64,000 nucleotides of DNA from Alphaproteobacteria bacterium GM202ARS2 (GCA_014323835.1 JACONH010000004.1:12500-76499); one strand, 5' to 3'. Counted from the stretch's first letter, positions 47,314 to 59,432 are shown. The notes: a model not told the origin generated them from the letters alone. Made by a program: numbers and translations.

Positions 47314-48134
47314 TGGCTGAACCTAGTTTTTTTGTCTGGCCCAACTGGGATCCGGTTGCGTTGTCCATAGGGCCCTTGATGGTGCGTTGGTATGGCTTGG
47401 CTTATCTGGCGGGATTTTTGCTCGGGTGGCTCTATGCTGTCCATCTGGTGAAGCGGTATGCTTTATCGATTACCCGTGCGTCTATCGATGATGTTTTTCT
47501 TTTGTGGATTGTGCTTGGAGTCATTATTGGCGGCAGACTCGGCTATGTCATTTTTTATAACTTGCCCTATTATTTGGATGATGTGCGGCGAATTCTCTAT
47601 ATTTGGCAGGGCGGTATGGCTTTTCACGGCGGTATGATCGGCGCCGTTGTGGCGGCGTGGCTCTTTTGTCGCAAGTATCGCCTCAGCTTTTTGACGATGC
47701 TTGACATTCTCGCAATGGTTGCACCGATAGGTCTCTTTTTTGGCAGACTGGCGAACTTTGTCAATGGCGAGCTCTACGGCAGAGTATCCGATGTGGCGTG
47801 GGCAGTCATTTTTCCGCATGCGGGGATTGTGCCGAGGCATCCCAGTCAGCTCTATGAGGCGGTGGGCGAGGGCATCGTCTTGTGGCTGTTTCTTTGGTCT
47901 CTTACTTTTGTGGGCGACCGCAAGCAAGGCGGACTTTTACAGCGACCGGGCATGATCGCTTCAGCCTTTCTTATGGGTTACGGCGTGGTGCGTTTTCTTG
48001 TCGAATTTGTCCGTGAACCCGATGCTCATCTCGGTTTATTCTTAGGATGGGTAACCATGGGGCAACTGCTCAGTGCGGCTATGATTATCGCAGGGGGTCT
48101 GGCGATGGCGATGCGCTCTCGTCCGCAGGGGTGA
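47313..48134 (+). CDS. lgt: Prolipoprotein diacylglyceryl transferase
   Basis: RWYGLAY, GGMAFHGG, GRLANFVNGELYGR and HPSQLYE motifs. Confidence 0.97.
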   Translation: MAEPSFFVWPNWDPVALSIGPLMVRWYGLAYLAGFLLGWLYAVHLVKRYALSITRASIDDVFLLWIVLGVIIGGRLGYVIFYNLPYYLDDVRRILYIWQGGMAFHGGMIGAVVAAWLFCRKYRLSFLTMLDILAMVAPIGLFFGRLANFVNGELYGRVSDVAWAVIFPHAGIVPRHPSQLYEAVGEGIVLWLFLWSLTFVGDRKQGGLLQRPGMIASAFLMGYGVVRFLVEFVREPDAHLGLFLGWVTMGQLLSAAMIIAGGLAMAMRSRPQG

Positions 48135-49156
48135 TGGCAAACGCCAACATAGGGCAACTGACTGTGGAAGCCTACATGCGCGCGTGCTTATCGGCACACC
48201 CGCGCAGCTATTATCGCCGCAAAGATACGGGCTTAGGGCGAGATTTCACCACCGCACCAGAAATCAGTCAAATGTTCGGTGAGCTCTTGGCGGTATGGTT
48301 CATCGATGCCTATCAACAGATGGGACAACAAGCCGAGTCCGTGCGGGCATTCATCGAATTGGGAGTCGGACGAGGCTCAATGGCAAAAGACATGGCGCGC
48401 GTCTTTGCCAAACACCCCACCTTCAATCAAGCCATGACCTATCACAGCGTTGACATTAACGACCATGTCGATACGGGGGGCAAACACCACCGACAAGCGA
48501 GCACGTTGCCCCGATGTGGTTGGTTCGTTGTCGCCAACGAATTCTTCGATAGTCTACCGACGCGCCAGTTTATCTATCATCGAGGCGCGTGGCGCGAACG
48601 CATGGTGATAGCCAACGACAAAGGCTTATCCTTTGCTCTCGGAACAGAGGTAGCAACCCTGCCGTCCGGTCTCGATGAGGATGATGTTCAAGAAGCAAGA
48701 GAACAGATGTGTCTTGAGTATACACCTGAACTCGATGTTTGGGGGGCGTTGCTGGCAAAGCAGCTGTGTCGTTATGGCGGACGCGCCTTGATTATCGACT
48801 ATGGTTATCAGGCACCGTCCTCAGGCGATAGCTTGCGTGCTATCCGCCGGGGCCAGTTTTGTCATCCTTTGACTCATGTTGGCGATGCCGACTTGTCGGT
48901 GGCGGTCAATTTCGCCCAGCTGGCTGCTTGCGCGCGCCGCCATGGTTGCTACGTCTTCCAGCAAGAGCAAGGTGCTTTTTTGCGTCAGCTGGGAATCGAG
49001 GCGCGGGCACAACGCCTGATAAAAGACAACCCACACAAGCAAGCCGCCATAGACATGGCATGCTACCGTCTCACCTCAACAGCACAGATGGGGAGCATGT
49101 TCAAAGTCATGTGCCTATCGCCAGATAAAACCATACCAACAGGCTTTGCCAAGTAA
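48134..49156 (+). CDS. SAM-dependent methyltransferase MidA/NDUFAF7 family
   Basis: DFTTAPEISQMFGE, ANEFFDSLP, IDYG and MGSMFKV motifs. Confidence 0.92.
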   Translation: MANANIGQLTVEAYMRACLSAHPRSYYRRKDTGLGRDFTTAPEISQMFGELLAVWFIDAYQQMGQQAESVRAFIELGVGRGSMAKDMARVFAKHPTFNQAMTYHSVDINDHVDTGGKHHRQASTLPRCGWFVVANEFFDSLPTRQFIYHRGAWRERMVIANDKGLSFALGTEVATLPSGLDEDDVQEAREQMCLEYTPELDVWGALLAKQLCRYGGRALIIDYGYQAPSSGDSLRAIRRGQFCHPLTHVGDADLSVAVNFAQLAACARRHGCYVFQQEQGAFLRQLGIEARAQRLIKDNPHKQAAIDMACYRLTSTAQMGSMFKVMCLSPDKTIPTGFAK

Positions 49157-49161
49157 CAGCT

Positions 49162-49959
49162 GTGTCTAACTCGTGTTTCCTAACCAGTTCGTTGTTGGCG
49201 TCGGTTGGCGTGCGCCATGGTTTTTTTATGCGCGATGGTGGACAAGGGGGTATGAGTAGCGGCGCGTATGCCACATTAAATATGAGCTATGCTTCAGGGG
49301 ACGACAAAGCCCATGTTACTGAAAATAGACAGCGGGCTTTGCAGGCTCTTGGGCTGGCGGGTGTGGCGTTGCTCGTCCCGAAACAGGTGCATAGCAATAA
49401 AGTCGTGGTTGTCGGCAGAGAGGGCGTTGCGCCGCAAGCCGATGAAGGTGCCGATGGGCTAATCAGCGCCAGAGGTAACTGGGCGTTGGGCATCCTCAGT
49501 GCTGATTGTGCACCGTTGCTTTGTGCCGATACAGACAACAACGTCTTCGGTGCCTTCCACGTAGGCTGGCGCGGCGTAAGAGACGGAATCGTCCAAAGAG
49601 GAATCGACACCATGTGTGCATGTGGCGCGCACCTCGACACCCTGCGAGCAGCCATAGGGCCCTGCATACAAAAAGAGTCCTATCAGGTCGGCGATGATAT
49701 GCGGCGCGCCTTCACGGATACACACGTGGATACACACGGGGGGGCACAAGATTATTTTATTGTCGCAAACGACCAATGGACATTCGACTTACCCGGTTTC
49801 ATCGAAGCGTGCTTAAGGCGATGCGGCGTGAGCTACGTAGAACGTTTGCCTCAGGATACCTACCGCGAGGACAAACGTTTCTTCAGCTATCGCCGCGCCT
49901 GCAAGCAAGGCACAGACATGTATGGTAGACAATTATCGGTCATGGCTTGCGTGTTGTAA
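49162..49959 (+). CDS. pgeF: Peptidoglycan editing factor/purine nucleoside phosphorylase PgeF (YfiH)
   Basis: QVHS, SADCAP, HVGWRG and FFSYRR motifs. Confidence 0.92.
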   Translation: MSNSCFLTSSLLASVGVRHGFFMRDGGQGGMSSGAYATLNMSYASGDDKAHVTENRQRALQALGLAGVALLVPKQVHSNKVVVVGREGVAPQADEGADGLISARGNWALGILSADCAPLLCADTDNNVFGAFHVGWRGVRDGIVQRGIDTMCACGAHLDTLRAAIGPCIQKESYQVGDDMRRAFTDTHVDTHGGAQDYFIVANDQWTFDLPGFIEACLRRCGVSYVERLPQDTYREDKRFFSYRRACKQGTDMYGRQLSVMACVL

Positions 49960-50015
49960 GTATCACTGTTATGGGATAGGGGAGGGTGCGTAGCAGATTT
50001 CACCATCGTGACGTT

Positions 50016-50966
50016 ATGACGGCAGACATCAAAGTATTTTGTGGCAACAGCAATCGCCCTCTTGCTCAGGCGATATGTAAGAGCATGAGAGTCGAGTTGG
50101 GCATGGCATCGGTGCGGCGCTTTCCCGATATGGAGGTCAGCGTCGAGATTAACGAGAATGTGCGGGGCACCGATGCTTTTTTTATTCAATCGCTGTCTTT
50201 TCCTGCCAATGATCACATTATGGAGCTTTTGGTTGCTTTGGATGCGTTGCGGCGCGGGTCGGCTCAACGGGTGACCGCAGTGATACCGTATTACGGTTAC
50301 GCCAGACAGGACAGAAAGTCGGGGCCCCGCACGCCTATTTCGGCTAAGTTATTGGCGAATTTGGTGACGGCGGCGGGGGCATCTCGCTGTTTGATGTTGG
50401 ACTTGCATGCGGGGCAGATTCAGGGCTTTTTTGATATTCCGGTGGACAACCTGTATGCTGCTCCTGTGTTTGTTAAGGACATTGAAAAGAACTATCTTGC
50501 TGGCGGTGATGTGATGATTGTGTCGCCTGATGTTGGCGGTGTTGTGCGGGCGCGCTCGTTGGCTAAGCGCCTGAACATTCATGAGTTGGCAATTATCGAT
50601 AAGAGACGAGAACGAGCAGGACAATCAGAGGTTATGAATGTTATTGGTGATTGTTCGGGCAAGCGGTGCTTGATTATCGATGATATTATTGATTCGGCAG
50701 GGACGCTGTGTAATGCTGCCCAGGCTCTTATGGAGCGCGGGGCACGCTCGGTCATGGCTTATGCCAGTCACGGCATTTTTTCTGGCGGGGCGATGGCACG
50801 GATTATGGCGGCTCCTCTCGAGCATGTTATTGTCAGCGATAGTATCGAACTGACGGATGAGGCGAAAACCGTCAAAACCATACGCCAGATTTCAATTGCC
50901 CCCTTGCTTGGCGAGGCTATTCGGCGTATTCATAATGAGGAATCCGTATCCAGCTTGTTTAACTAG
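50016..50966 (+). CDS. prs: Ribose-phosphate pyrophosphokinase
   Basis: [22 protein letters not shown] and DDIIDSAGT motifs. Confidence 0.98.
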   Translation: MTADIKVFCGNSNRPLAQAICKSMRVELGMASVRRFPDMEVSVEINENVRGTDAFFIQSLSFPANDHIMELLVALDALRRGSAQRVTAVIPYYGYARQDRKSGPRTPISAKLLANLVTAAGASRCLMLDLHAGQIQGFFDIPVDNLYAAPVFVKDIEKNYLAGGDVMIVSPDVGGVVRARSLAKRLNIHELAIIDKRRERAGQSEVMNVIGDCSGKRCLIIDDIIDSAGTLCNAAQALMERGARSVMAYASHGIFSGGAMARIMAAPLEHVIVSDSIELTDEAKTVKTIRQISIAPLLGEAIRRIHNEESVSSLFN

Positions 50967-50983
50967 GAGGAGACACAAAGACC

Positions 50984-51640
50984 ATGAGCACAAGCACACA
51001 ACTCAAGGCACGCAAACGAGAAAATCTCGGCAAAGGCGGCGCGCGTGCCGCACGCAGAGAAGGATTCGTGCCCGCCATCATCTACGGCGGTAAAGATAAA
51101 CCTATGGCAGTCTCGGTGGACGCACACCAATTAGCACTGTTGTTGCGGTATGAGGGCTTTATGAATCATCCGGTTGTTCTCGATATTGACGGCAAAGACC
51201 ATCGAGTGCTCCCCAAAGACGTCCAATATGACGTTGTGCGGGACTTTCCTTTGCATGTGGACTTTTTGAGCGTCACCGAGAAAAGCCGTGTCACAGTCGC
51301 CGTGCCGTTGCACTTCCGTGATGAAGACAAATCACCGGGCTTAAAGAGCGGCGGAGTCTTGAACGTGATACACCACGATATCGAGGTTACGTGTGCGGTC
51401 GCTAACATTCCAGAATTTTTTGAGATAAGCCTCGAAGGCAAAGAAATCGGTGATGGTATTCATCTGGCAGATTTGTCTTTGCCGCAGGATGTTGAGGCAA
51501 CGGCTCAGGATAGCGATATGACTGTGGCAACCATTGTTGCTCCGACGGTTGCTGTCGAGACGGAAGCAACGGCTGAAGAAGGCGCTGAGGCTGAAGCTGA
51601 GGATGAAGACAAGGATAAAGAAAAAGACGATGAGTCTTAA
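50984..51640 (+). CDS. rplY: 50S ribosomal protein L25 (Ctc form)
   Basis: GKGGARAARR.G.VPAIIYG, HVDF and SPGLK.GG motifs. Confidence 0.96.
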   Translation: MSTSTQLKARKRENLGKGGARAARREGFVPAIIYGGKDKPMAVSVDAHQLALLLRYEGFMNHPVVLDIDGKDHRVLPKDVQYDVVRDFPLHVDFLSVTEKSRVTVAVPLHFRDEDKSPGLKSGGVLNVIHHDIEVTCAVANIPEFFEISLEGKEIGDGIHLADLSLPQDVEATAQDSDMTVATIVAPTVAVETEATAEEGAEAEAEDEDKDKEKDDES

Positions 51641-51643
51641 TCC

Positions 51644-52261
51644 ATGCCAAAGCTGCTGGTGGGGTTAGGCAACCCGGGGGAGACATACGAGCACCACCGT
51701 CATAATGTGGGCTTTATGGCGTTGCACCGCATAGGTGAGCGTTATGACTTTGCGCCTGCCCGCGCCCGTCAACGTTTCCAGAGCTTATGGAGCAAGGGGG
51801 CTATCGATGGTGTGACGTGTTTGTTGCTTTGGCCCCAGACGTATATGAATCGAAGTGGACAGGCGGTTGCTGCCGTCATGCGCTATTACGCTATCGAGAC
51901 AAAAGATGTGCTCGTGTTCCATGACGATATCGACCTGCCGTGTGCCAGCATCAAAGTCAAATGGGGCGGAAGCGATGGCGGTCATCGAGGTTTACGGGAC
52001 ATCGATAGTCATCTGCGCACTCTTGGGGGCAATGCTTACGGACGGGTGCGACTCGGAGTCGGACGCGCACAGGCGAGCAGCGACAAGCACCTTGAGGTGC
52101 GCGCGTATGTGCTCAGTGCTTTTTCCAAGGAGCAAAAAAACGCTATGGATACGTTGCTCCAAGCGGTTGCCGAGCATATACCTGTGCTGGTGCAGGATAG
52201 CGAGGGCGATGGTGCCGGTGCCGGCACCGCGTTTATACGTTGTGTGCGGGAGGCAGTGTAA
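51644..52261 (+). CDS. pth: Peptidyl-tRNA hydrolase
   Basis: LVGLGNPG, RHNVGF, TYMNRSG and HDDID motifs. Confidence 0.95.
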   Translation: MPKLLVGLGNPGETYEHHRHNVGFMALHRIGERYDFAPARARQRFQSLWSKGAIDGVTCLLLWPQTYMNRSGQAVAAVMRYYAIETKDVLVFHDDIDLPCASIKVKWGGSDGGHRGLRDIDSHLRTLGGNAYGRVRLGVGRAQASSDKHLEVRAYVLSAFSKEQKNAMDTLLQAVAEHIPVLVQDSEGDGAGAGTAFIRCVREAV

Positions 52262-53382
52262 TGGGTTTTGCTTGTGGTCTGGTTGGTTTACCCAATGTGG
52301 GCAAGTCGACTCTTTTTAATGCTTTGGCGGGTCGTGCGTTGGCGGCGGCAGAGAACTACCCTTTTTGCACGATAGAGCCCCACCGAGAACGCGTGCCCGT
52401 CTGGGACGAACGCCTAGAACGTCTGGCTAAAATGGCACCGACTGACAACGTCATTTTTGCGCAGCTGGATGTTGTCGATATTGCTGGGCTGGTCAAAGGG
52501 GCGTCTAAAGGTGAAGGTTTAGGCAATCAGTTTCTCGATGCTATTCGCCATGTGCAAGCTATCGGGCATGTGGTGCGGTGCTTTGACGATGAGCAGATTA
52601 CCCACGTTGACGGCAACGTTGATCCGATGCGTGACATTGACACCATAGAAACGGAGCTGCTTCTTGCCGATATGGATGTTCTCGAGCGTAAGCAGGCAGC
52701 TCTCGTCAAGCGCGCCCGAGGGAGCGATAAGCACGCGCAAGATACCCTCGATTATGTGACGCGGTTTTTGTCGGTGTTACACGAGGGCAAGGCGATACGC
52801 ACGCTTTCTCTCGATGAGGAGGCTTATGCGATGGCTCTGTCTATGGGTCTTTTGTCCTGTCGACCGATGATTTATATCTGCAATGTGGATGAGGCTTCTG
52901 CCCACAAGGGCAACGCGCTGTCGAAACACGTGGAGGCATGGGCAGAAGAACGGGGATGTGCGTGTTTTACCCTGTCGGCATTGATGGAGGCAGAACTGGC
53001 AGGATTCACCCCAGAGGAACGCCGAGAGTATCTGGGTTCGCAGGGTGTGCAGGCAAGTGGACTCGAACAATTTGTGCAGGCAGGCTATGCTATGTTGGGC
53101 TTGCAGACGTTCTTTACGGTGGGCGTCAAAGAAGCAAAGGCATGGACCTATAAACGTGGGGCAACGGCAGTGGACGCGGCAGGTGTGATTCATACGGATT
53201 TTGCCAAAGGCTTTATTTGTGCCGAGACGGTCAGCTATGACGACTATCTTGCTGGTGGTTCACAAGCGGCGGTCGCAGCCGCGGGCAACGTCCGTAAGGA
53301 AGGAAAGGACTACGTGGTGCAAGATGGCGATGTCATGCACTTTCGTTTTCAGGTAGCAAGAGGGGGCAAAGCAAAAGCATGA
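52261..53382 (+). CDS. ychF: Redox-regulated ATPase YchF
   Basis: [28 protein letters not shown] and [11 protein letters not shown] motifs. Confidence 0.97.
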   Translation: MGFACGLVGLPNVGKSTLFNALAGRALAAAENYPFCTIEPHRERVPVWDERLERLAKMAPTDNVIFAQLDVVDIAGLVKGASKGEGLGNQFLDAIRHVQAIGHVVRCFDDEQITHVDGNVDPMRDIDTIETELLLADMDVLERKQAALVKRARGSDKHAQDTLDYVTRFLSVLHEGKAIRTLSLDEEAYAMALSMGLLSCRPMIYICNVDEASAHKGNALSKHVEAWAEERGCACFTLSALMEAELAGFTPEERREYLGSQGVQASGLEQFVQAGYAMLGLQTFFTVGVKEAKAWTYKRGATAVDAAGVIHTDFAKGFICAETVSYDDYLAGGSQAAVAAAGNVRKEGKDYVVQDGDVMHFRFQVARGGKAKA

Positions 53383-53449
53383 TTTGCATGATGGTCGCGG
53401 GTGTGCTAGGGATAGGGCGAGGGGGACAAATAAAGAGAACAAAGGGATT

Positions 53450-53875
53450 ATGGCTTTATCGATTCGTTTAACGCGTTCGGGCTCTCATAAGCGTCCGTAT
53501 TATCGCATTGTTGTTGCGGACAAGCGCATGAAGCGCGACGGACGCTTCATCGAGGTGCTGGGCAGCTATGACCCGATGCTCAAAAAGGATGATGCGCGCC
53601 GAGTGTTGCTCATCAAAGAACGCTTGACGTATTGGCTGTCGGTCGGCGCGCATCCCAGCGACCGAGTGCTCCGTTTTATGGAAACAGAAGGCATGGCAAA
53701 ACGCACCATACCGACACAAACAAAGAAACACTTGAAGCGCAAAGTGGAAGAAGAAGTGCCATCGGCACCCGCGGCACCCGCTGCCCCCGCCGCAACACCA
53801 ACGCCAGAAAAGAGCGAAGAGAAAACAGAAGAAAAGACAGAAGAGACGGAAAAGACAGCAGAGAAGGACTCCTAA
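53450..53875 (+). CDS. rpsP: 30S ribosomal protein S16 with low-complexity C-terminal tail
   Basis: [17 protein letters not shown]...RDGRFIE motif. Confidence 0.97.
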   Translation: MALSIRLTRSGSHKRPYYRIVVADKRMKRDGRFIEVLGSYDPMLKKDDARRVLLIKERLTYWLSVGAHPSDRVLRFMETEGMAKRTIPTQTKKHLKRKVEEEVPSAPAAPAAPAATPTPEKSEEKTEEKTEETEKTAEKDS

Positions 53876-53902
53876 TTAGGCGTGTGATGTGTGGGGTGTG
53901 CG

Positions 53903-54607
53903 ATGTGGCGTGCGCGTGTTTTTACCTTATTTCCGCAGATGTTTCCAGGGCCCTTGGGCTATTCTATCGCTGGTCGTGCGTTACACAAGGGGCTATGGGG
54001 TCTCGACGTTATTGACATCAAGTCTTTTTGTCGAGGCTACCACAACGTGGATGACAAGCCCTATGGGGGCGGTGCCGGTATGGTGTTGCGGGCGGATGCG
54101 GTGGATAGGGCTTTATCTTCGGTTATGGCGAGGGGGAGCAAGGTGATTTATGTAACGCCGAGAGGCAAGCCGTTGACGCAGGCACGCCTGCGGGCTTGTG
54201 TGGCTGAGGGAGGCTTGGCGGTGGTGTGTGGACACTATGAAGGCATCGATGAGCGTGTCATCGAGGCGTGGCAGATGGAGGAAATCAGCATCGGCGATTA
54301 TGTTTTGTCGGGCGGCGAGATGGCAGCCTTCGTCCTTATCGATGGCTGTGTGCGTCTGCTGTCGGGGGTTGTCGGCAACCCCCAGAGTCTTCAAGAGGAA
54401 AGTTTTGCTGGGGGGGCTGAGGGCAACGAGTCTTTGCTTGAGTATCCGCACTATACGCAGCCCGCCTGTTGGCAGGGACGCTCTGTTCCAGAGGTGCTGA
54501 TGGGGGGCAATCACCAAGCCATAGAGACATGGCGCCGAGAGCAGGCACAAGCCCTAACACAAAAACGCCGACCCGACTTATTGGCGAATAAAAAACGTGC
54601 AAAATAA
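53903..54607 (+). CDS. trmD: tRNA (guanine-N1)-methyltransferase
   Basis: VDDKPYGGGAGM, CGHYEGIDER and SIGDYVLSGGE motifs. Confidence 0.97.
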   Translation: MWRARVFTLFPQMFPGPLGYSIAGRALHKGLWGLDVIDIKSFCRGYHNVDDKPYGGGAGMVLRADAVDRALSSVMARGSKVIYVTPRGKPLTQARLRACVAEGGLAVVCGHYEGIDERVIEAWQMEEISIGDYVLSGGEMAAFVLIDGCVRLLSGVVGNPQSLQEESFAGGAEGNESLLEYPHYTQPACWQGRSVPEVLMGGNHQAIETWRREQAQALTQKRRPDLLANKKRAK

Positions 54608-54768
54608 GAAAAGAAACACTATATAGTAAAGGGGTTCGGCTCTCTTGTGGGAGGGCTTGCCCGCGGGGAACTGACGGATAGGGGCTAACGGATAAGACAT
54701 AAGACAAGAGGGGGGGACAACGGACGCAACAGTCCACCAACGTTTTGATATGAACAATGATGGGAGCC

Positions 54769-55224
54769 ATGGCTAGCCTCAGAGATATAGAAAAAGGCGT
54801 GTTACACAGCCTGAAGTCGTCTCGAACAATGGACTTTCGAGGGGGCGACCGTCTGCGCGTCCATGTGGAAGTTGTCGAGGGTGAGCGCAAGCGTATTCAA
54901 GTTTTTGAGGGTGTCTGTATTGCTTATCGCCGCCGTGGTTTGAATTCGTCTTTCACGGTGCGTAAGGTCTCCTATGGCGAGGGAGTCGAGCGTGTCTTTC
55001 CGTTGCATGCGCCGTGTATTGCTCGTATTGAAGTGGTGCGCCGCGGCGATGTGCGCCGAGCAAAACTTTATTATCTGCGCGGACGCACAGGCAGAAAAGC
55101 ACGAATCGCCGAAAAAATTATCACGGGCGAAAATCGTCAAACAGAAACAGCACAGGACAACAAAGACCCTGTCGCCCCCGCTGACGCTCAAGGGCATGTA
55201 GAGGAAACAGTCTCAGAGCAATAA
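54769..55224 (+). CDS. rplS: 50S ribosomal protein L19
   Basis: [24 protein letters not shown] and [10 protein letters not shown] motifs. Confidence 0.97.
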   Translation: MASLRDIEKGVLHSLKSSRTMDFRGGDRLRVHVEVVEGERKRIQVFEGVCIAYRRRGLNSSFTVRKVSYGEGVERVFPLHAPCIARIEVVRRGDVRRAKLYYLRGRTGRKARIAEKIITGENRQTETAQDNKDPVAPADAQGHVEETVSEQ

Positions 55225-55238
55225 CCGGTCGTATCGCT

Positions 55239-56642
55239 ATGGCAAAGACGCTTTTTGACAAAGTATGGGATTCGCACGTGGTAACATCGTTGGGGGATGG
55301 TGTCGATTTGTTGTATATTGACAAACATCTTGTGCATGAGGTGACGAGCCCGCAGGCTTTTTCTGGTTTGCGCGAGAATGGTCGTGGCGTTCGTCGCGCG
55401 GATGCGACTCTTGCGGTGTGTGATCATGCGGTGCCGACTCGTCGGCAGGGGCGGGCCCATATAGCCGATGAGCAAGCCCGCTTGCAGGTTGCAGCCCTAG
55501 CACAGAATTGTCGTGATTTTTCTATCACGCACTTTGGTATCGATGATGTGCGGCAAGGCATCGTCCACGTTATTGGGCCCGAGCAGGGCTTAACACAGCC
55601 GGGCATGACGATTGTTTGTGGCGATTCGCACACGTCTACCCATGGGGCTTTTGGTGCGTTGGCGTTTGGTATTGGCACCTCAGAGGTCGAACATGTGCTG
55701 TCGACACAGACGCTGCGGCAAAAGCGTCCACAGAGCATGCGTATTTCTGTCAATGGCAGGCTTGCTGAGCATGTAACGGCGAAAGACATGATTTTGGCGA
55801 TTATTGGCACGATTGGCACGGCGGGCGGTACGGGATACGTCATTGAGTATAGTGGCGATGCTGTGCATGCCTTGAGTATGTCGGGGCGTATGAGCATGTG
55901 TAATATGTCTATCGAGGCAGGGGCACGGGCTGGGCTTATCGCTGTTGATGATGCCACTATCCAGTGGCTGAAAGGGCGTCCCCTCGCCCCGAGCAAAGAG
56001 CACTGGCAGCAAGCCGTCCACCACTGGCAGAGCTATGTCAGTGACGATGACGCGCACTTCCACAAAGAAGTGACTCTTCAGGCTGAACGTATCGAACCGC
56101 AAGTTACATGGGGGACGAGCCCGCAAGATGTTACGCACGTAGGAGGCTTTGTGCCAGACCCCAAGCAAGAAGAAGACCCAGCCCGCCGTCAGTCTATGGA
56201 ACAGGCGTTGACCTATATGGGTTTGTTACCGAAAACGAAGATTGTCGATATTGCCATAGACCACGTTTTTATTGGTTCATGTACCAACGGACGACTGGAG
56301 GACTTGCGTGCTGCTTCTACTGTGATTAAAGGGCGCAAAGTCAAGGACGGACTCAAGGCGATGGTCGTGCCGGGTTCGGGGCTCGTCAAACAGGAAGCCG
56401 AACGAGAAGGGCTTGATCAAATTTTCAAAGAAGCAGGATTCGAGTGGCGAGAAGCAGGATGTTCTATGTGCCTTGCTATGAACGATGACCGCTTGAATCC
56501 CCGTGAGCGTTGTGCGTCCACATCGAACCGCAACTTCGAAGGCAGACAGGGACGCTTTGGACGCACCCACCTGCTTAGTCCGCAAATGGCTGCTGCTGCT
56601 GCCGTCACGGGGCATATCACCGACGTCAGGGAGCTGCTATAA
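55239..56642 (+). CDS. leuC: 3-isopropylmalate dehydratase large subunit
   Basis: [25 protein letters not shown] and [12 protein letters not shown] motifs. Confidence 0.98.
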   Translation: MAKTLFDKVWDSHVVTSLGDGVDLLYIDKHLVHEVTSPQAFSGLRENGRGVRRADATLAVCDHAVPTRRQGRAHIADEQARLQVAALAQNCRDFSITHFGIDDVRQGIVHVIGPEQGLTQPGMTIVCGDSHTSTHGAFGALAFGIGTSEVEHVLSTQTLRQKRPQSMRISVNGRLAEHVTAKDMILAIIGTIGTAGGTGYVIEYSGDAVHALSMSGRMSMCNMSIEAGARAGLIAVDDATIQWLKGRPLAPSKEHWQQAVHHWQSYVSDDDAHFHKEVTLQAERIEPQVTWGTSPQDVTHVGGFVPDPKQEEDPARRQSMEQALTYMGLLPKTKIVDIAIDHVFIGSCTNGRLEDLRAASTVIKGRKVKDGLKAMVVPGSGLVKQEAEREGLDQIFKEAGFEWREAGCSMCLAMNDDRLNPRERCASTSNRNFEGRQGRFGRTHLLSPQMAAAAAVTGHITDVRELL

Positions 56643-56644
56643 TC

Positions 56645-57259
56645 ATGCAGAAATTCACGACTCTACGAAGCATCGCTGCTCCGTTTGCTCGGGATCATGT
56701 CGATACCGATATGATTATTCCCAAGCAGTTTTTGACGACTGTCTCGCGTAAGGGGCTTGGTGCGGGTTTGTTCTATGACTTACGTTATGACGATAAGGGT
56801 GCGTGGAATTCATCGTTGCTGTTGGACAAAAAAGTCTATAAGGGGGCAGCCATTCTGGTTGTCGGCGACAACTTTGGCTGTGGTTCTTCCCGAGAGCATG
56901 CTCCGTGGGCTTTGTTGGATGCGGGCTATCGCTGTTTAATTGGTGCTGGTTTTGCCGACATTTTCTATAACAATTGTTTCAAAAACGGCATGTTGCCGAT
57001 TGTGCTTCCTAAGCAACAGGTGGGGCAGCTCATGCAGGCAGCCGAAGCTGTCGCCTATATGACAGTGGACTTGCCTCAGCAGACCGTGAGCGTTGAGGGC
57101 ACACAGCAGGTGTTTTCTTTTGATATCGATGAGACCCGCAAGCGTGCCTTGTTGGAAGGGCTAGACGATATTGCCATGACCTTAAAGGAGGAAGACTCGA
57201 TTCGTGCTTTCGAGGAGCGTGATAGAACACAACGTCCGTGGTTGTGGGCGTCTCCTTGA
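56645..57259 (+). CDS. leuD: 3-isopropylmalate dehydratase small subunit
   Basis: [11 protein letters not shown] and [15 protein letters not shown] motifs. Confidence 0.98.
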   Translation: MQKFTTLRSIAAPFARDHVDTDMIIPKQFLTTVSRKGLGAGLFYDLRYDDKGAWNSSLLLDKKVYKGAAILVVGDNFGCGSSREHAPWALLDAGYRCLIGAGFADIFYNNCFKNGMLPIVLPKQQVGQLMQAAEAVAYMTVDLPQQTVSVEGTQQVFSFDIDETRKRALLEGLDDIAMTLKEEDSIRAFEERDRTQRPWLWASP

Positions 57260-58362
57260 TGTCTGGTCGTCTTGTTTTATTGCCGGGCGATGGCATTGGC
57301 CCTGAGGTGGTCAAGTCGGCCTGTTGCGTGCTGGAGCATATCAACAGTTTGGGTCGCGGGTATACCACTGAAGAGGATCTTGTTGGCGGTGCTGCCTACG
57401 AGGCTCATGGCGTGCCGTTGCATGCTGACACATTGGCGCGAGCCAAACAAGCCGATGCTGTTCTTCTGGGGGCTGTCGGGGGTCCCCAGTGGGAATCGCT
57501 GCCTTTCGACAAACGCCCGGAGCGTGGTTTGTTGGCTCTGCGTAAGGAACTTGATCTGTTCGCGAATCTCCGCCCGGCTATTGTCTTTGATGCGCTCGCT
57601 GGGGCTTCTACCCTTAAGCCTGAGGTTGTCAAAGGACTCGATATTCTTATTGTGCGGGAACTGACCGGCGGTATTTACTTCGGTGAGCCAAGGGGAGTCG
57701 ACAAAGACGCACAGGGCAGAATCGGACGCAACACGCTGGTCTACCACGAGGACGAAATACGTCGGGTGGTGCGTCTCGCTTTTGATATGGCACGCCTACG
57801 TAACAAGCGAGTCTGTTCTGTCGATAAAGCCAACGTCCTTGAGTGTACCGAGCTGTGGCGCGACGTCACCAACGAAGTGCATAAAGACTATCAGGATGTT
57901 GCTTTGACACACATGTATGTCGATAATGCGGCTATGCAACTGGTGCGTGCCCCTGCCCAATTCGATGTTATGGTAACCACCAACATGTTTGGCGATATTT
58001 TGTCCGATGAAGCGTCGATGTTGACGGGGTCTTTGGGCATGTTGCCGTCGGCATCGTTGGGTGCGAGTGCTGAGGACGTGGGGAAAAGTCGCCCTGGTCT
58101 TTATGAGCCGGTGCATGGGTCGGCACCGGACATTGCTGGCATGGATAAAGCGAATCCGCTTGCGACAATTTTAAGTCTGGCGTTGCTGTTGCGGTATTCT
58201 TTTCATGATGAGGGTGCGGCTCGTGCCATAGAGCAATCGGTAGAGCGGTGCCTTGCTGAGGGCTATCGCTGTGCCGATATCGATGAAGGCACAGGTGCGT
58301 GCTTAGGCACACAGGCGATGGGCGAGAAGGTGGCAGGGTATCTCGAGACGTTCTGGACGTAG
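57259..58362 (+). CDS. leuB: 3-isopropylmalate dehydrogenase
   Basis: [17 protein letters not shown] and [12 protein letters not shown] motifs. Confidence 0.98.
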   Translation: MSGRLVLLPGDGIGPEVVKSACCVLEHINSLGRGYTTEEDLVGGAAYEAHGVPLHADTLARAKQADAVLLGAVGGPQWESLPFDKRPERGLLALRKELDLFANLRPAIVFDALAGASTLKPEVVKGLDILIVRELTGGIYFGEPRGVDKDAQGRIGRNTLVYHEDEIRRVVRLAFDMARLRNKRVCSVDKANVLECTELWRDVTNEVHKDYQDVALTHMYVDNAAMQLVRAPAQFDVMVTTNMFGDILSDEASMLTGSLGMLPSASLGASAEDVGKSRPGLYEPVHGSAPDIAGMDKANPLATILSLALLLRYSFHDEGAARAIEQSVERCLAEGYRCADIDEGTGACLGTQAMGEKVAGYLETFWT

Positions 58363-58374
58363 GGGGATAGTTTT

Positions 58375-59415
58375 ATGGCGACTCAAGGAGTCAATGTAGC
58401 TCTTGTTGGGGCGAGCGGTAGCGTCGGCAGAGAAATGCTCGATATTTTGGTGGCGCGCCAGTTTCCTATGCGTCAGCTTGTGGCTTTGGCATCGACACGC
58501 TCGGTCGATACGGAACTGACGTATGGCGAAAAAGGGAGCGTGCGAATCCAAGCTCTTGAAGGCTATGATTTTAAGGATATCGATATCGTCTTGGCATCGG
58601 CGGGCTCTTCCGTGTCGCAAGAATTCGCGCCCCGGGCACAGAGTAGCGGGGCTATTGTTATTGATAATGCGTCTTATTTCCGCATGCACGAGGACGTTCC
58701 GCTCATCGTCCCTGAAGTCAACGGCGCTGTGCTGGATACGTATATGAAAAACAAAAGCACGCGGGGAGGGCTGATTGCTAACCCGAACTGCTCGACCATT
58801 CAAATGGTGTTGGCGTTAAAGCCGTTGCATGACGTGTGGCGTCTACGGCGACTATCGGTGGCAACGTATCAGTCGACGTCAGGGGCAGGGCGAGCAGGCA
58901 TGGATGAACTCTTTGAGCAGACTCAAGCCATTTATCAGAACAAAAACATGGAGCGAGACAAATTCCCTAAACAGATAGCTTTCAACGTTATTCCGCAGAT
59001 TGATGTGTTTATGGATGATGGTGCAACAAAGGAAGAGTGGAAGATGCGAGTCGAAACAAAAAAGATTTTCGATGATGATTCTATCGATGTTTTTGCGACC
59101 TGTGTGCGTGTCGCCAGCTTTATTGGGCATGGGGAGGCGTTACATGCTACGTTCGATAAGCCTGTGGATGTGGATGTCGCTAGGCGCGCCCTGATGGCAT
59201 GCAAGGGCGTGCGGGTGGTGGACTCAAACGGAGGACAGGATTACGTAACACCGGTTGAATGTGCTGGCGAGGACGACGTCTATGTTAGTCGTTTGCGTGG
59301 GGTGCCTTTTGATGATAAGAGTCTTGGCATGTGGGTCGTTGCCGATAACTTGCGTAAGGGTGCTGCGTTGAATGCGGTGCAGATTGCCGAGTATGTGCTA
59401 CGGCATCTGCCATAA
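58375..59415 (+). CDS. asd: Aspartate-semialdehyde dehydrogenase
   Basis: GASGSVG, ANPNCSTIQ, YQSTSGAG and DNLRKGAALNAVQ motifs. Confidence 0.97.
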   Translation: MATQGVNVALVGASGSVGREMLDILVARQFPMRQLVALASTRSVDTELTYGEKGSVRIQALEGYDFKDIDIVLASAGSSVSQEFAPRAQSSGAIVIDNASYFRMHEDVPLIVPEVNGAVLDTYMKNKSTRGGLIANPNCSTIQMVLALKPLHDVWRLRRLSVATYQSTSGAGRAGMDELFEQTQAIYQNKNMERDKFPKQIAFNVIPQIDVFMDDGATKEEWKMRVETKKIFDDDSIDVFATCVRVASFIGHGEALHATFDKPVDVDVARRALMACKGVRVVDSNGGQDYVTPVECAGEDDVYVSRLRGVPFDDKSLGMWVVADNLRKGAALNAVQIAEYVLRHLP

Positions 59416-59432
59416 CAGAGGTTCAAATTGCC

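Noticed and set aside
54608-54756. Possible structured RNA or leader before rplS
   Set aside because: No recognisable riboswitch or ncRNA consensus and no convincing stem by eye
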